A DNA stretch of 64,000 bases from IMG/VR virus record IMGVR_UViG_3300031999_001882, positions 32,001-96,000 of that record; one strand, given 5' to 3'. The position numbers were made by a program, and so were the translations under genes. This DNA is from a virus. Below, piece by piece: positions 16,798-26,322 of this stretch (position 1 is the first letter of the stretch; each line of letters starts with the position of its first letter). The notes under the pieces were generated by a model. The model ran no database searches. It was not told the DNA's origin and was given only the letters and a program-made list of their open reading frames with translations.

Positions 16798-18653
16798 AAG
16801 AGACTCCATTCTGCGCCGTTATACATCATGCTGACGGAACTGTAGACTGACTGAATAATGAAGTTGGTCAGACCGTCAATAGTTCCTGTCGCTGGCTGAA
16901 TGACAATGAAATTGGTCGCCGCATCGCCTTTGCCATCCTTGATGAACAACTCCTCACCTGTGATGGGCGACGACGGCAAATTGACGAAGGTTGACGATCC
17001 AACTGTTTTATTCACGACTACATAAAGGTCTGTCCCGGCTAAGGTCACCGAGCTACCCGATGTTACGATTCTCACCGAATTGGCAAGGTTGGATCGCAGA
17101 ATCGGATCGGTATTACCAACCGAGTGCGTTGCGGCATGGGCGAAGTTCGGAGCCACGCCCATACTGATAAAGGTGATGTTTTCACCCACCGAGCGTCCGG
17201 TCAGAAAGGTGACCGACGAATTGCTGGTTTCGGTGTAATCTGACCCCAGCACCATGAATACGCCGCCTGAATACACGAACAGGCCGCCAGACCCCACCGC
17301 ATAAGAAATGTTGAGCGGGAACACCGTCTGACTGGCCGTTGCCACAATGGTCTGCTTCTGGATCATGTTGGCCGTTACGCCATTGGACACCCGGTAGAAG
17401 CTCATAACCGTCGCATTGAGCGGCGGCGGAGTCGTCATGGTGAAGCCGGGAAGGGCTTGGCTCTCAAAGAAGTCCACTCCGTTCTTGAGAACCAGTCCGT
17501 TGCGAGTCACAAAGAGCGACCCGGAAACGAACGTCTCCGGCATGGTATAGGTGATGTTCGAGGCATCCACCGCACCCGTGGGGGTGATATTGTCGCGCTG
17601 GAAGGCCCCGGTATTGAACGGCAGGATCGTGGACGGAAATTTGAAGAAAGCCAGCAATGTATCGGTTGACGCTGGCGCAACCGTCATTGTGAATCCCATC
17701 AACCCTGTGGCTTCCGTAAAGTCCACGCCATTTTTGAGGAGAAGGCCGTTGCGTGTGACGCTAAGCGTTCCCGGCACAAACTGGTAAGGAAGCGTAAAGA
17801 CCGTGTTAGAGCTGTTTTGCGTGCCGGACGGCGATACCTGAACCTTGGTCATTTCGCTGGAAGCGATGGTCGCGTTCCATGTCAGGCCGTCATAAAAAGC
17901 AAAGGTCTTGAGGTCTGTCCGGTAAAACGGCTGGCCCGCGAGCGGGACCGGAACAGTCGTGTAGGTCGTGCCTGTGTTGAATGGAATAGTGATCGGATCA
18001 GCGCCGCCGGAGTTGTGCGTCGATCCATGAGCGAAGTTGGGCTGGATGCCCTGAGCCACGAAGGTGATGATCTCACCCAACTGCCGACCGCTTGTGAAAG
18101 TCACGGAGGTTGAATTGGTTTCCAGATAATCGGTGGTGAGCGCTTGGCGCAAACCGCCCGAATAAGCCGCCAGCGCTCCTGTGCCTGTGGCATAAGAAAA
18201 TCCGAGATTGAACACCAACTGCCCAGAGGTTGCTACAAAAGTTTGAATGTTTTGCGTCGGAGACACGACGCTGGCTGTCAGCGCATAGAACGCCAAAAGA
18301 GTTGATCCGGCAAGCGGCGCTGGCGTAACGGTAAAGCCGGGGATTTGGGGTTGCTCAAAGAAATCCGCACCGCTCTTGAGCACCATACCGTCTCGCGTGA
18401 CCCAAAGAGTTCCTGCCGAAAATTGCTCAGCCAGCGTATAAGTGAGGTTCACTCCATCGGTCGCGCCTGTTGGGACAATCTCGCGCCGATCCAGAACGCC
18501 GCCGCCACCCGATCCTGTGACGAGATTCCATTGCGTCCCGTCGTAGGTATAGAACAGGTTATTGGTCGTGTTGTAGAAAAGCTGACCTTCCTTGAGGTCG
18601 GTGACCGGAAGGCTGGCTCCGGCGATGTCGATTTCTGGTCTTAAAATTGCCAT
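16794..18653 (-). CDS. Multi-repeat virion structural protein (fibre adaptor/platform candidate)
   Basis: Five related ~65-aa beta domains, two GQ.FY.T....YDG..W motifs, two H..TH..G..DPI motifs. Confidence 0.7.
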   Translation of the reverse strand: MAILRPEIDIAGASLPVTDLKEGQLFYNTTNNLFYTYDGTQWNLVTGSGGGGVLDRREIVPTGATDGVNLTYTLAEQFSAGTLWVTRDGMVLKSGADFFEQPQIPGFTVTPAPLAGSTLLAFYALTASVVSPTQNIQTFVATSGQLVFNLGFSYATGTGALAAYSGGLRQALTTDYLETNSTSVTFTSGRQLGEIITFVAQGIQPNFAHGSTHNSGGADPITIPFNTGTTYTTVPVPLAGQPFYRTDLKTFAFYDGLTWNATIASSEMTKVQVSPSGTQNSSNTVFTLPYQFVPGTLSVTRNGLLLKNGVDFTEATGLMGFTMTVAPASTDTLLAFFKFPSTILPFNTGAFQRDNITPTGAVDASNITYTMPETFVSGSLFVTRNGLVLKNGVDFFESQALPGFTMTTPPPLNATVMSFYRVSNGVTANMIQKQTIVATASQTVFPLNISYAVGSGGLFVYSGGVFMVLGSDYTETSNSSVTFLTGRSVGENITFISMGVAPNFAHAATHSVGNTDPILRSNLANSVRIVTSGSSVTLAGTDLYVVVNKTVGSSTFVNLPSSPITGEELFIKDGKGDAATNFIVIQPATGTIDGLTNFIIQSVYSSVSMMYNGAEWSLL

Positions 18654-18671
18654 ATCATTCCCTCACAAGCG

Positions 18672-20609
18672 TCAATAATTGCCGACTCGATTTATCGTAA
18701 CCCAATTAAAAATTGCGCTAGTCATCAGAGTTCGCGTTCCTTCGTTCTGATAACAGACAATGTGAATGTAATCCCCCGCCAGAAGGTTGACCAATGTTTC
18801 TCCGTGGATATTCCGATAGAATGTCTGCGTCGCGTCAATAACTCTAATGTCCAATCCGGCATAGTCAGACCCATTTTTCCTTAGCCTCAGTTCGGTATCT
18901 TTCCCGACGGTAAATGAAAGGTTATCCCATGTAACTATTGAAGATACTCGGTACACGCCGGAAATCGGAGCCGTAAACTTCCAGCCTGTGCCAGTCGTAA
19001 CAGCTCCGTGGCTATCGAAGTCTTTTGTCTCAAAATCAACAGTCGTGAATGAGGTCGTCGGAATAGATTGTCCGGCGGCTGTTTTATATCGGCATTGGAC
19101 GCTTTCCGTCGCCGCAATCTGGGAGGGGCCGGAGAGACGTTCGATATTGATGCAAGTAATTCCCGGCGAGTTCCCATCTCCCCGAAGCAACTCAGACACG
19201 CTTAGGTTTTGATTCACGCGAATGTCGATCACGTCTCCGGCGTTGAACAGTCTCAAGAAGTTGTACGCACAGCAGGCCGCCGCCGACGAAGCTCCTCCCT
19301 TACCTTGCGCTTGGCAGGATACCGACACGCCATTAACGTAGAGAAATGCGTTCACGTTTCCGACGTTGGTGGTTGTTCCAAAATAAAGATTCCCGCTTAT
19401 CTTGTAATAACCCGACACAGGAATCGTGTAGTTGTTGTTTGAGGAACTGAATTTTCCGTGCGTGTCTCTGTTGACGGTATCAAATGGAACTTTTACGTCA
19501 GACCCGCTCGCAATTCCCGTGGAATTCGATGAGAATGTCGCCTGAGCCGCCACCACGCGAGTATCCGCGTTATCCGACATGACCGTGGTGGTCCCCCACC
19601 CGACGATGGGAACGATAAACTGTGCAGAGATAATGTCGCCAGATACCCATGCCCCGCCGGGATAGGTGTTATCCCATTGATTCCCGGTTGTTGGACCCAT
19701 AAATTCAACTTCTCTTGCGGTCACGGATTTAAGAACGCATACGCCCACGGGAGTCGTTGGAGCGTTTGTTCTCGAACATTTTACAGTACCGACTTCTTGA
19801 ATCACGTTAGCCGAGGTTGCCTTGGAGAAGTCGATGGTATATCCAGCAGGGATGGCAACATTGATCTGGCCGGAGGCGTTCCCGTTGGCTGTCAGAAGAA
19901 CATTACACTCCATCGAATCACCCACTCTGCGCCAGAATCCAAGCGATGACGTGACGGGAATGTTCGACCACGTTGGCGTGTATGCCTTCCAGTCCGTGAC
20001 GGGGCTTCCCATCACCGCATACGAAGGGCCGACGCTGAAATTATCGACCTTGACCGTGCTGGCGACGGCGCTGGTTGTATTATTGTGAAGGATCAGCCGA
20101 TAGCTGGTGGAATTGGGTGATGATTGAAAGGAGGCCGCAAACTTCTCGATCACCAGCACCTTGGACAGCGTATAGGGCGCGGCTTGGATCAGGACTCCGT
20201 TGGTGACATCGTAAATCCAGATGTTGATAGACCCATCAACGTAATTGGCATCCGGCAAATAATCGAAGCTGATAAAAAGAGGCTTGGCTTGGTCCGCCGG
20301 GTCGATGGAAAATGCGTAGCTCACTCCATTTCCCAGACGATTCGCGGCATCCTTGGTCCAGAGGAATGATCCGGTTCCGCGCAAAGGCGAGCTAGTGGTG
20401 CGGGTCCATGTCAGGACTGGACTGCCGCCCGTTCCATCAACGGGAAGCGCCGCCCCGTCATCGTATGTAGCCCAGCCGGAGGTGTCCGTATCGGCTGACG
20501 GATTGAGGATGTAATTCTTTCCACCACCGCCTGTGCTGACGTTGGGATCGAGCTTGGAGGCGGTGATCGCCTGAGCCGCGATGTCGATTGACTGAATTTG
20601 GGTTGCCAT
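18672..20609 (-). CDS. Receptor-binding protein with CBM-like domain and two C1q-like domains
   Basis: VPFDT...DTHG.F...YTIPVSGYY and VDFET..FDSHG...FTAPISGVY; GD.I motifs. Confidence 0.75.
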   Translation of the reverse strand: MATQIQSIDIAAQAITASKLDPNVSTGGGGKNYILNPSADTDTSGWATYDDGAALPVDGTGGSPVLTWTRTTSSPLRGTGSFLWTKDAANRLGNGVSYAFSIDPADQAKPLFISFDYLPDANYVDGSINIWIYDVTNGVLIQAAPYTLSKVLVIEKFAASFQSSPNSTSYRLILHNNTTSAVASTVKVDNFSVGPSYAVMGSPVTDWKAYTPTWSNIPVTSSLGFWRRVGDSMECNVLLTANGNASGQINVAIPAGYTIDFSKATSANVIQEVGTVKCSRTNAPTTPVGVCVLKSVTAREVEFMGPTTGNQWDNTYPGGAWVSGDIISAQFIVPIVGWGTTTVMSDNADTRVVAAQATFSSNSTGIASGSDVKVPFDTVNRDTHGKFSSSNNNYTIPVSGYYKISGNLYFGTTTNVGNVNAFLYVNGVSVSCQAQGKGGASSAAACCAYNFLRLFNAGDVIDIRVNQNLSVSELLRGDGNSPGITCINIERLSGPSQIAATESVQCRYKTAAGQSIPTTSFTTVDFETKDFDSHGAVTTGTGWKFTAPISGVYRVSSIVTWDNLSFTVGKDTELRLRKNGSDYAGLDIRVIDATQTFYRNIHGETLVNLLAGDYIHIVCYQNEGTRTLMTSAIFNWVTINRVGNY

Positions 20610-20610
20610 C

Positions 20611-21492
20611 TTACGCTACCTCCGCCGTCCAAGAAGCATCTTGAGCATTGCCCCATGAAACTGGCGTTCCGCCAGTTGTTATAAATGTCACATTAAATCC
20701 TTTTGCCGTTATCCCATCTGACGTAGCGCCAGTTGACATATTAGATGGCGTTCCGTTTGTAACGGTAACCGTTGGAGTTGCGCTCTTTGCTGTCATAAAA
20801 GTCAACGGCAAATGCACCGTCATAGATGCGCCGTTAAAAAACTGCCAATGAATCCCCGTTCTTGCCTCGTAATATCTCATGCACCGCGCCAGATCATCCG
20901 CCGGGTGCATCGGGATATAGCTGACGGGCTGGCTTCCAACGACCAGCATGGCAGAATCAAGGTTGTAGTAAAATGCAGAAGTGTTCCCATCGTTAATTGA
21001 CCCCGCATAAATACGCAATATCGTGGCGGCGGCTGAAACGACACAAGTGATTGACAAAGTTTCCCAATTTCCGCCACCTGTGTGATATGCGTCTGCCGTA
21101 TATCCATCCCCTTTATAAATTCTTATCCCGACTTTGTTTCCTCCGAGATTTGATTTCATGCGGATTGACAACGTAATGGTTTTCCCGCGATACGAAATCA
21201 CATTCTCGATATCCGTAATCATGTTGAGAATCGAATCAGACGCAACAACTGTAAAATTTGCCTTCAAAGAATAAAGCCCGTTATCGACAACTGACGCATC
21301 TTGTGTAACGGTATAAGTAGGAAGCGTGCCCGACTTATTTGTTTTCCATCGGTCGGCAGTAGTGGTCTGATCGGCTGGATTTGTAAAGGTGACCCCCCTC
21401 TGCCACACTTCGTACCCCGGATTGACGAGCAAATTCACCTGTGGCGCGAGCGCCGCCGCGAAGTCTTGATCTGGAATGAGTTTGGTTACCAT
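20611..21492 (-). CDS. CBM-like fibre protein (1 module)
   Basis: NLLVNPGYEVWQRG...ADRW...DSAML...DLARCMRYYE. Confidence 0.75.
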   Translation of the reverse strand: MVTKLIPDQDFAAALAPQVNLLVNPGYEVWQRGVTFTNPADQTTTADRWKTNKSGTLPTYTVTQDASVVDNGLYSLKANFTVVASDSILNMITDIENVISYRGKTITLSIRMKSNLGGNKVGIRIYKGDGYTADAYHTGGGNWETLSITCVVSAAATILRIYAGSINDGNTSAFYYNLDSAMLVVGSQPVSYIPMHPADDLARCMRYYEARTGIHWQFFNGASMTVHLPLTFMTAKSATPTVTVTNGTPSNMSTGATSDGITAKGFNVTFITTGGTPVSWGNAQDASWTAEVA

Positions 21493-21501
21493 AATTTCTC
21501 C

Positions 21502-21669
21502 CTAAGCCGGGTCCGGCGCATTCCCTAATGCTATCCAAGCGTCGTATGCTTGCCGATCAATGTTCATCGGGTCAATCGGAATGTACGAAGTCGATCCATC
21601 GTCGTTGTGACGGATAATAGTTTGTGACGGATTACCCGTTATTGGATCATTCATTAGCTGATAAATCAT
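21502..21669 (-). CDS. Small putative fibre assembly chaperone (55 aa)
   Basis: IP.DP.N.D.Q.Y..W...GN.P.PA motif; GAGG RBS before ATG 21669. Confidence 0.65.
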   Translation of the reverse strand: MIYQLMNDPITGNPSQTIIRHNDDGSTSYIPIDPMNIDRQAYDAWIALGNAPDPA

Positions 21670-21679
21670 AGATTCCTCT

Positions 21680-23191
21680 TTATAGTTCCGATTCCAATGT
21701 AAGATAACTTGAAGTTGCCGTTGTATAAATAATAGACCCATTTCCTGCTATTCCACCACTTGCAAAGCCGGGGCTTATTCCCACAATTTGATTACTTGAA
21801 CCAAAACCGGAGCTTAGAGATGTCACCGTCAGTCCGTTTCCTGCTGAGTCGTATGCTCGCCAACCAGAAACTCCGAATACTGTAACGGTGGGCGTAGCGT
21901 ACATTGCGACTGGCAAACGAATAGTAAAATCAGCTCTGGTGGTAGACCACCATTGTCCAGAAGCTACTAATTCAGTCCCGGTGATATTACCGCCAATGCG
22001 TTGGCAGTACCGTTGGCATTGAGCGAGTTCGATCTGCGGGTCTTTTGGGACAAAGGCGACGGGCGCGGAACCGATGACGAGCATCGCAGAATCAAAATAT
22101 GTGGTGCTAACAGATGGAGGTGTATCAAAGAACCCTGCATTTAACGTGACTGATATGGATGCAGAAGAAGTTAAAGTTTTCGTAACAGATAATGTTTCAT
22201 AAGCCCCGCTTCCCGAATGACTGGCAGACCGTGTTGCCCCTGTCACCCCATCATTGATGAAAAGTTGCACCCCTGAATTTGCCCGAACCCTCATAGAGAA
22301 GGTAAGGGTTTTCCCTCTGTAATTCATTGAATTGTCTAGGGTCTGCTGAAAAATTGAATAAGTTGCGCCACCAACTACAGTAATGTCTAATTTAACGGCA
22401 TACGCTCCAACCGAATCAATTATCGTCGCTTCCCTTGAGATTGTTCCGGTCGGTCCACCATCTCTTGCAAACTTCCAGCGGTCTGCGGTATAGATTCCAT
22501 TTGTCATCGGGAAACTTATTCCCCTCTGCCAGAAATCCATTCCTCCGTTGATGAGAATATTTTGAGCGAGATTCTGGTCTGCCGTTCTCAAATCAGTAAT
22601 AGCTGGAAGTTCCGGGGTAAATGCAACCGTTGAGGAACCTACAGTCAGCATCACAGAATCAATGTAAACAATGCCCACATTAACAGTTGTTTGAAGAAAT
22701 CCCGCATAAACAGCACACCCATTCGGCACGGATGCAAATGTGAGAGTTGTCGTCAATGTTTCAAAATTACCGCTCCCGCTATGCGCTGTGGATTCGGTAA
22801 AAGAATATCCATCATAAATGGCAATTTTTACATTCGCCGCAGTTGTTTTTATTCGGGCGGTAGCCGTCAAAGTTTTCCCACCACGGAAGTTAAGAAAATT
22901 TGAAACATTCTGGAATATACGGACTGTTGTCGCCCCACCCACAGAAGTAACATTCAACTTCAAGGAAGATGATCCTTGATCCAAGTTCGCCGCATTTGTT
23001 TCCTGTGAAATTGTAAATACAGGAGAGCCAACACTGAGGTCCGTGATCCATTTATCGGCGGTAACGGCGTTTTGCGGAGGATTGGAAAAATTTATTCCAC
23101 CACTCCAATTTTCAAACCCTCCGTTTATCAAGATGTTCTGATACGGAGAATTGACCGGATCAATCGCTCGACTAGGTACTATGGTTCCCAT
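21680..23191 (-). CDS. CBM-like fibre protein A (2 modules)
   Basis: Two QNILINGG...W modules, ELAQCQRY; GGAGG RBS; paralog of 23281-24816. Confidence 0.8.
   Translation of the reverse strand: MGTIVPSRAIDPVNSPYQNILINGGFENWSGGINFSNPPQNAVTADKWITDLSVGSPVFTISQETNAANLDQGSSSLKLNVTSVGGATTVRIFQNVSNFLNFRGGKTLTATARIKTTAANVKIAIYDGYSFTESTAHSGSGNFETLTTTLTFASVPNGCAVYAGFLQTTVNVGIVYIDSVMLTVGSSTVAFTPELPAITDLRTADQNLAQNILINGGMDFWQRGISFPMTNGIYTADRWKFARDGGPTGTISREATIIDSVGAYAVKLDITVVGGATYSIFQQTLDNSMNYRGKTLTFSMRVRANSGVQLFINDGVTGATRSASHSGSGAYETLSVTKTLTSSASISVTLNAGFFDTPPSVSTTYFDSAMLVIGSAPVAFVPKDPQIELAQCQRYCQRIGGNITGTELVASGQWWSTTRADFTIRLPVAMYATPTVTVFGVSGWRAYDSAGNGLTVTSLSSGFGSSNQIVGISPGFASGGIAGNGSIIYTTATSSYLTLESEL
22008..22084. 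repeat. Box C, 68/77 identical to 23618-23694
   Basis: Manual alignment. Confidence 0.85.
22511..22600. repeat. Box B, 86/90 identical to 24127-24216
   Basis: Manual alignment. Confidence 0.9.
23112..23152. repeat. Box A, 39/41 identical to 24734-24774
   Basis: Manual alignment. Confidence 0.85.
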
Positions 23192-23205
23192 AAATTTTCA
23201 ACCTC

Positions 23206-23271
23206 CTATGGAAGTATGACTTCATCTGTGACCGCCGGATCAATAGCTCTCTTGGTGACGATAGTTCCCAT
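23206..23271 (-). CDS. 21-aa micro-ORF MGTIVTKRAIDPAVTDEVILP, paralogous to the N-terminus of the next gene
   Basis: AAGGAG RBS; fills the intergenic gap; matches MGTIVPSRAIDP. Confidence 0.55.
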   Translation of the reverse strand: MGTIVTKRAIDPAVTDEVILP

Positions 23272-23280
23272 AAATTCTCC

Positions 23281-24816
23281 TTACAGCTCCGCAGATGCAG
23301 TAAAATGTCCGCCGCAGAAATTATCTGTCGTTCCAAGGGCATGATAGGCGATCACTCCCTCCGTCGATATCAGTCCTCCCGATGTCTGCGGATTAGTCAC
23401 TCTGCTTGTGGGGGCCGCTCCAACAACACTCCAATCAAACTTTCCGCTATTTCCAGCCGAATCATAAAAAACAACGGCTGGATTGGTTCTTTTTGATACC
23501 TTAAACGGGAACCAGCAGGAATAACATTGACCAGTTCCTCCCGTCGATGACCCAGAAACAACATTCACCGTCGTAGATGTACCGGGAGCTACCGATGGTA
23601 AATAGCTTTTCTCATAATACCGTTGGCATTGAGCCAACTCGGTCTGCGGGTCTTTGGGAACAAAGGCGACGGGTGAGGAACCGAGGACGAGCATTACGGA
23701 GTCAATGTAAAAAGTTGCAGGAACTTTGTTTCCTGTGTCTATAAACCCGATGTGAACGCTCAGGTCTGTTTCAGGATTCGCAAGCGTTACGCTGACCGCA
23801 AGAGTCTCAAAAGTGTTCCCGCCTGTGTGGAAGGAGGAATATGCGCCGATGCTCGTATTGTTCCCGATGGCAATTCTCACCGCCGAAGCCGTATCGCATT
23901 TTATCCGACAAGTAGCGGTGACGGTTTTGCCAGAGTAACTTAAAAAATCCTCAATATCCTGCTGAATGTTCCATCGGCCCCCGCTCGTCGTATTGACGAC
24001 CTTCATTGAATAATTGCCGCGATCCTTGTTCGCCGTTGCGCTCTCTTGAGTGACGAGAACACCCGTTATAACAGACGCTCTGACTTTCCAACGGTCTGCC
24101 ACATATTGAAGATTGGATGGATTGTTGAAACTTATTCCCCTCTGCCAGAACTCCATTCCCCCGTTGATGAGAATATTTTGAGCGAGATTCTGGTCCGACG
24201 TTCTCAAATCAGTAATGACCGAAAGATCGGGAACAAAAGTAACGGGCGATGATCCGATGACGAGCATTGCGCTATCAAAGTAATAAGTTCCGTTTTTCTT
24301 ATCATTAGTCGCCGCCATCCCGATATAAATATAAAGATCGGGAGTCGTGGCAGAAATTGTTTTCGTTAGCGTCAGCGTTTCCCACCCACCCCCACCCGTG
24401 TGGTAGCTTGAATAGGTGACACCCAAATTATCCTGAATGGCAACCCTCACCGCATTAGCCGTGCTGGTGAAAACCCGCGCCGATAGCGTGATTGTTTTTC
24501 CACGGTAAGCGTTGCTCAAAATATATTGCTGTAAAGTCCAATATTTTGAAGCTCCTGACCCTGTAAGTACAGCTTTTAATGAATATGCACCGCTATCAAC
24601 AATGGACGATTCTCTGGTAACTGTGACCGTAGCTATTTCATTCGTGGCGACTATCCAGTTATCAAGTAGGATTGGGGTAGTTTCAGTAACAGCCGTCGGT
24701 GGATTTGTAAAAGATGTCCCGTAATTCCAGCTCTCAAACCCTCCGTTTATCAGGATATTCTGATACGGAGAATTAGCCGGGTCCAGAAGATAACTTGGAA
24801 CGAATGTTTGAGCCAT
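23281..24816 (-). CDS. CBM-like fibre protein B (2 modules)
   Basis: Same architecture as 21680-23191, ELAQCQRYYEKSY. Confidence 0.8.
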   Translation of the reverse strand: MAQTFVPSYLLDPANSPYQNILINGGFESWNYGTSFTNPPTAVTETTPILLDNWIVATNEIATVTVTRESSIVDSGAYSLKAVLTGSGASKYWTLQQYILSNAYRGKTITLSARVFTSTANAVRVAIQDNLGVTYSSYHTGGGGWETLTLTKTISATTPDLYIYIGMAATNDKKNGTYYFDSAMLVIGSSPVTFVPDLSVITDLRTSDQNLAQNILINGGMEFWQRGISFNNPSNLQYVADRWKVRASVITGVLVTQESATANKDRGNYSMKVVNTTSGGRWNIQQDIEDFLSYSGKTVTATCRIKCDTASAVRIAIGNNTSIGAYSSFHTGGNTFETLAVSVTLANPETDLSVHIGFIDTGNKVPATFYIDSVMLVLGSSPVAFVPKDPQTELAQCQRYYEKSYLPSVAPGTSTTVNVVSGSSTGGTGQCYSCWFPFKVSKRTNPAVVFYDSAGNSGKFDWSVVGAAPTSRVTNPQTSGGLISTEGVIAYHALGTTDNFCGGHFTASAEL

Positions 24817-24828
24817 GTCAATTCACCC

Positions 24829-26307
24829 CTATATCGAAGCAGTCCAGTTAAATGCCACCTTCACCGGGCGCTGACCGCCAATGGTCTTTGACGCTTTCAG
24901 CGAAAACCCTCTGAAAAGATGATCGGTTATGCCTAAGACTAGCGTATAACTTGAGACGACGTTTGTCAGCCCCAATCCATCCTCATAGACCTGCGTGTTC
25001 GACAGAGCAATCACCGGATCGCTGGCCTTAATCGTGCTGAAATCCACTTCTCCGCCGATGTAATAGGTCGTGTCGTCGGACGATCCGTACATCGCTACAG
25101 CGCTGAATCCTTTTTCAAAGAAGCGGAGCGCTCTGTCCCAATCGCTCGCCGGGCTACTCGCGGCATAAGCGATGGGCGACAAGCTCTGCACGAACATTGC
25201 ATTGTCGATGTAGTGCGTGCCTGTGGCCGACATTTCCACGCTGATCGTGAGAGACGTGATCGTGCCCAGCGTGCGCGTAACGGTCAGCGTTTCATAGGAG
25301 CCTGTGCCGACGCTAACCGGAGACGAGCTGGTTCCGTTGCTGTCGGTGATCTTGGCGACCATTGCGCCCGCCACTCCGGGGCGGACCCGAACAGTCAGGG
25401 CCACGGTTGTTCCGCTCAGGTCTGCCGCGCCTTCGATGGCTTGGCCGAGCGACACCACGCCAGAGCTGATTGCAATGACGGCTTTGGCGGCGTACTGGCT
25501 GAAATCCACCAGCGTTCCTTCCCGCGAGATCGTAGCCGTGTTACTGTTCAGGGCCAGCGTCCACTTGTCGGCGGTATAGCCATTGGCGCTGAACGATACG
25601 TCCCGTTGCCAGATGCTAAAGCTCCCGTTAGTCAGGAGATTGGTGGCCGCACCTCCGCCCGTGGATGAGATCAGAATGAGGTTCGACACACCATCAACGC
25701 TCAGCGAAATGTTGGTTCCGCCCAGCAAGCTGACGTTATCAGTCAGCGTCAGTCCGCCATAAGCCGTGATGGTCTTAACCACTTGGCCGGAGGCAATCTT
25801 GTCTGAGGTGACAGCGTTGACGGCAAGCTTTGAGTTGGTGATGGCCGAATCCGAGACATCAGTCTGGACGATGGTTCCGGGGGCGATCTTATCCGAGGTC
25901 ACCGAATCCGGGGCCAGCTTTGCATTGGTCACGGCGAAATTCTCAAGCTGGGTGATACCAACAGCGCCTACGGCCAGCTTGGATTGAGTCACCGCCGTGT
26001 CGGAGATATTAGTCGAGGTGACGGCGTTTACGGCCAGCTTCGGATTTGTGACGGCAGAATTCGACAGTTCCAAGGTATCAATGGCGCTGGGAGCGATGTC
26101 AGTCTCGACCACCGTGCCGGGAGCAATCTTGTCTGAGGTGACGGAGTTCGCGCCTAACTTAGAATTGGTGACAGCCGCATCCCGAATTTTAGTCGCATCC
26201 ACCGATTGATTTTCAAGCTGAGTCAGCCCCACCGCGCCATTGGCAAGCAACGGCTGAGTGACATTCTGATTCGCAATTTCTTGGGTCTGAATAAATGTTC
26301 TGCTCAT
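24829..26307 (-). CDS. Fibre protein with AVT..K(I/L)A repeats and a CBM-like domain
   Basis: Decapeptide repeats then NLLTNGSF.IWQR...ADKW. Confidence 0.8.
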   Translation of the reverse strand: MSRTFIQTQEIANQNVTQPLLANGAVGLTQLENQSVDATKIRDAAVTNSKLGANSVTSDKIAPGTVVETDIAPSAIDTLELSNSAVTNPKLAVNAVTSTNISDTAVTQSKLAVGAVGITQLENFAVTNAKLAPDSVTSDKIAPGTIVQTDVSDSAITNSKLAVNAVTSDKIASGQVVKTITAYGGLTLTDNVSLLGGTNISLSVDGVSNLILISSTGGGAATNLLTNGSFSIWQRDVSFSANGYTADKWTLALNSNTATISREGTLVDFSQYAAKAVIAISSGVVSLGQAIEGAADLSGTTVALTVRVRPGVAGAMVAKITDSNGTSSSPVSVGTGSYETLTVTRTLGTITSLTISVEMSATGTHYIDNAMFVQSLSPIAYAASSPASDWDRALRFFEKGFSAVAMYGSSDDTTYYIGGEVDFSTIKASDPVIALSNTQVYEDGLGLTNVVSSYTLVLGITDHLFRGFSLKASKTIGGQRPVKVAFNWTASI

Positions 26308-26322
26308 CGTTGGCTCCTCAGT

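Noticed and set aside
21680-24816. Diversity-generating retroelement (template/variable repeat pair)
   Set aside because: Both repeat copies are coding, mismatches are not confined to adenines of one copy, and no reverse transcriptase is in the window
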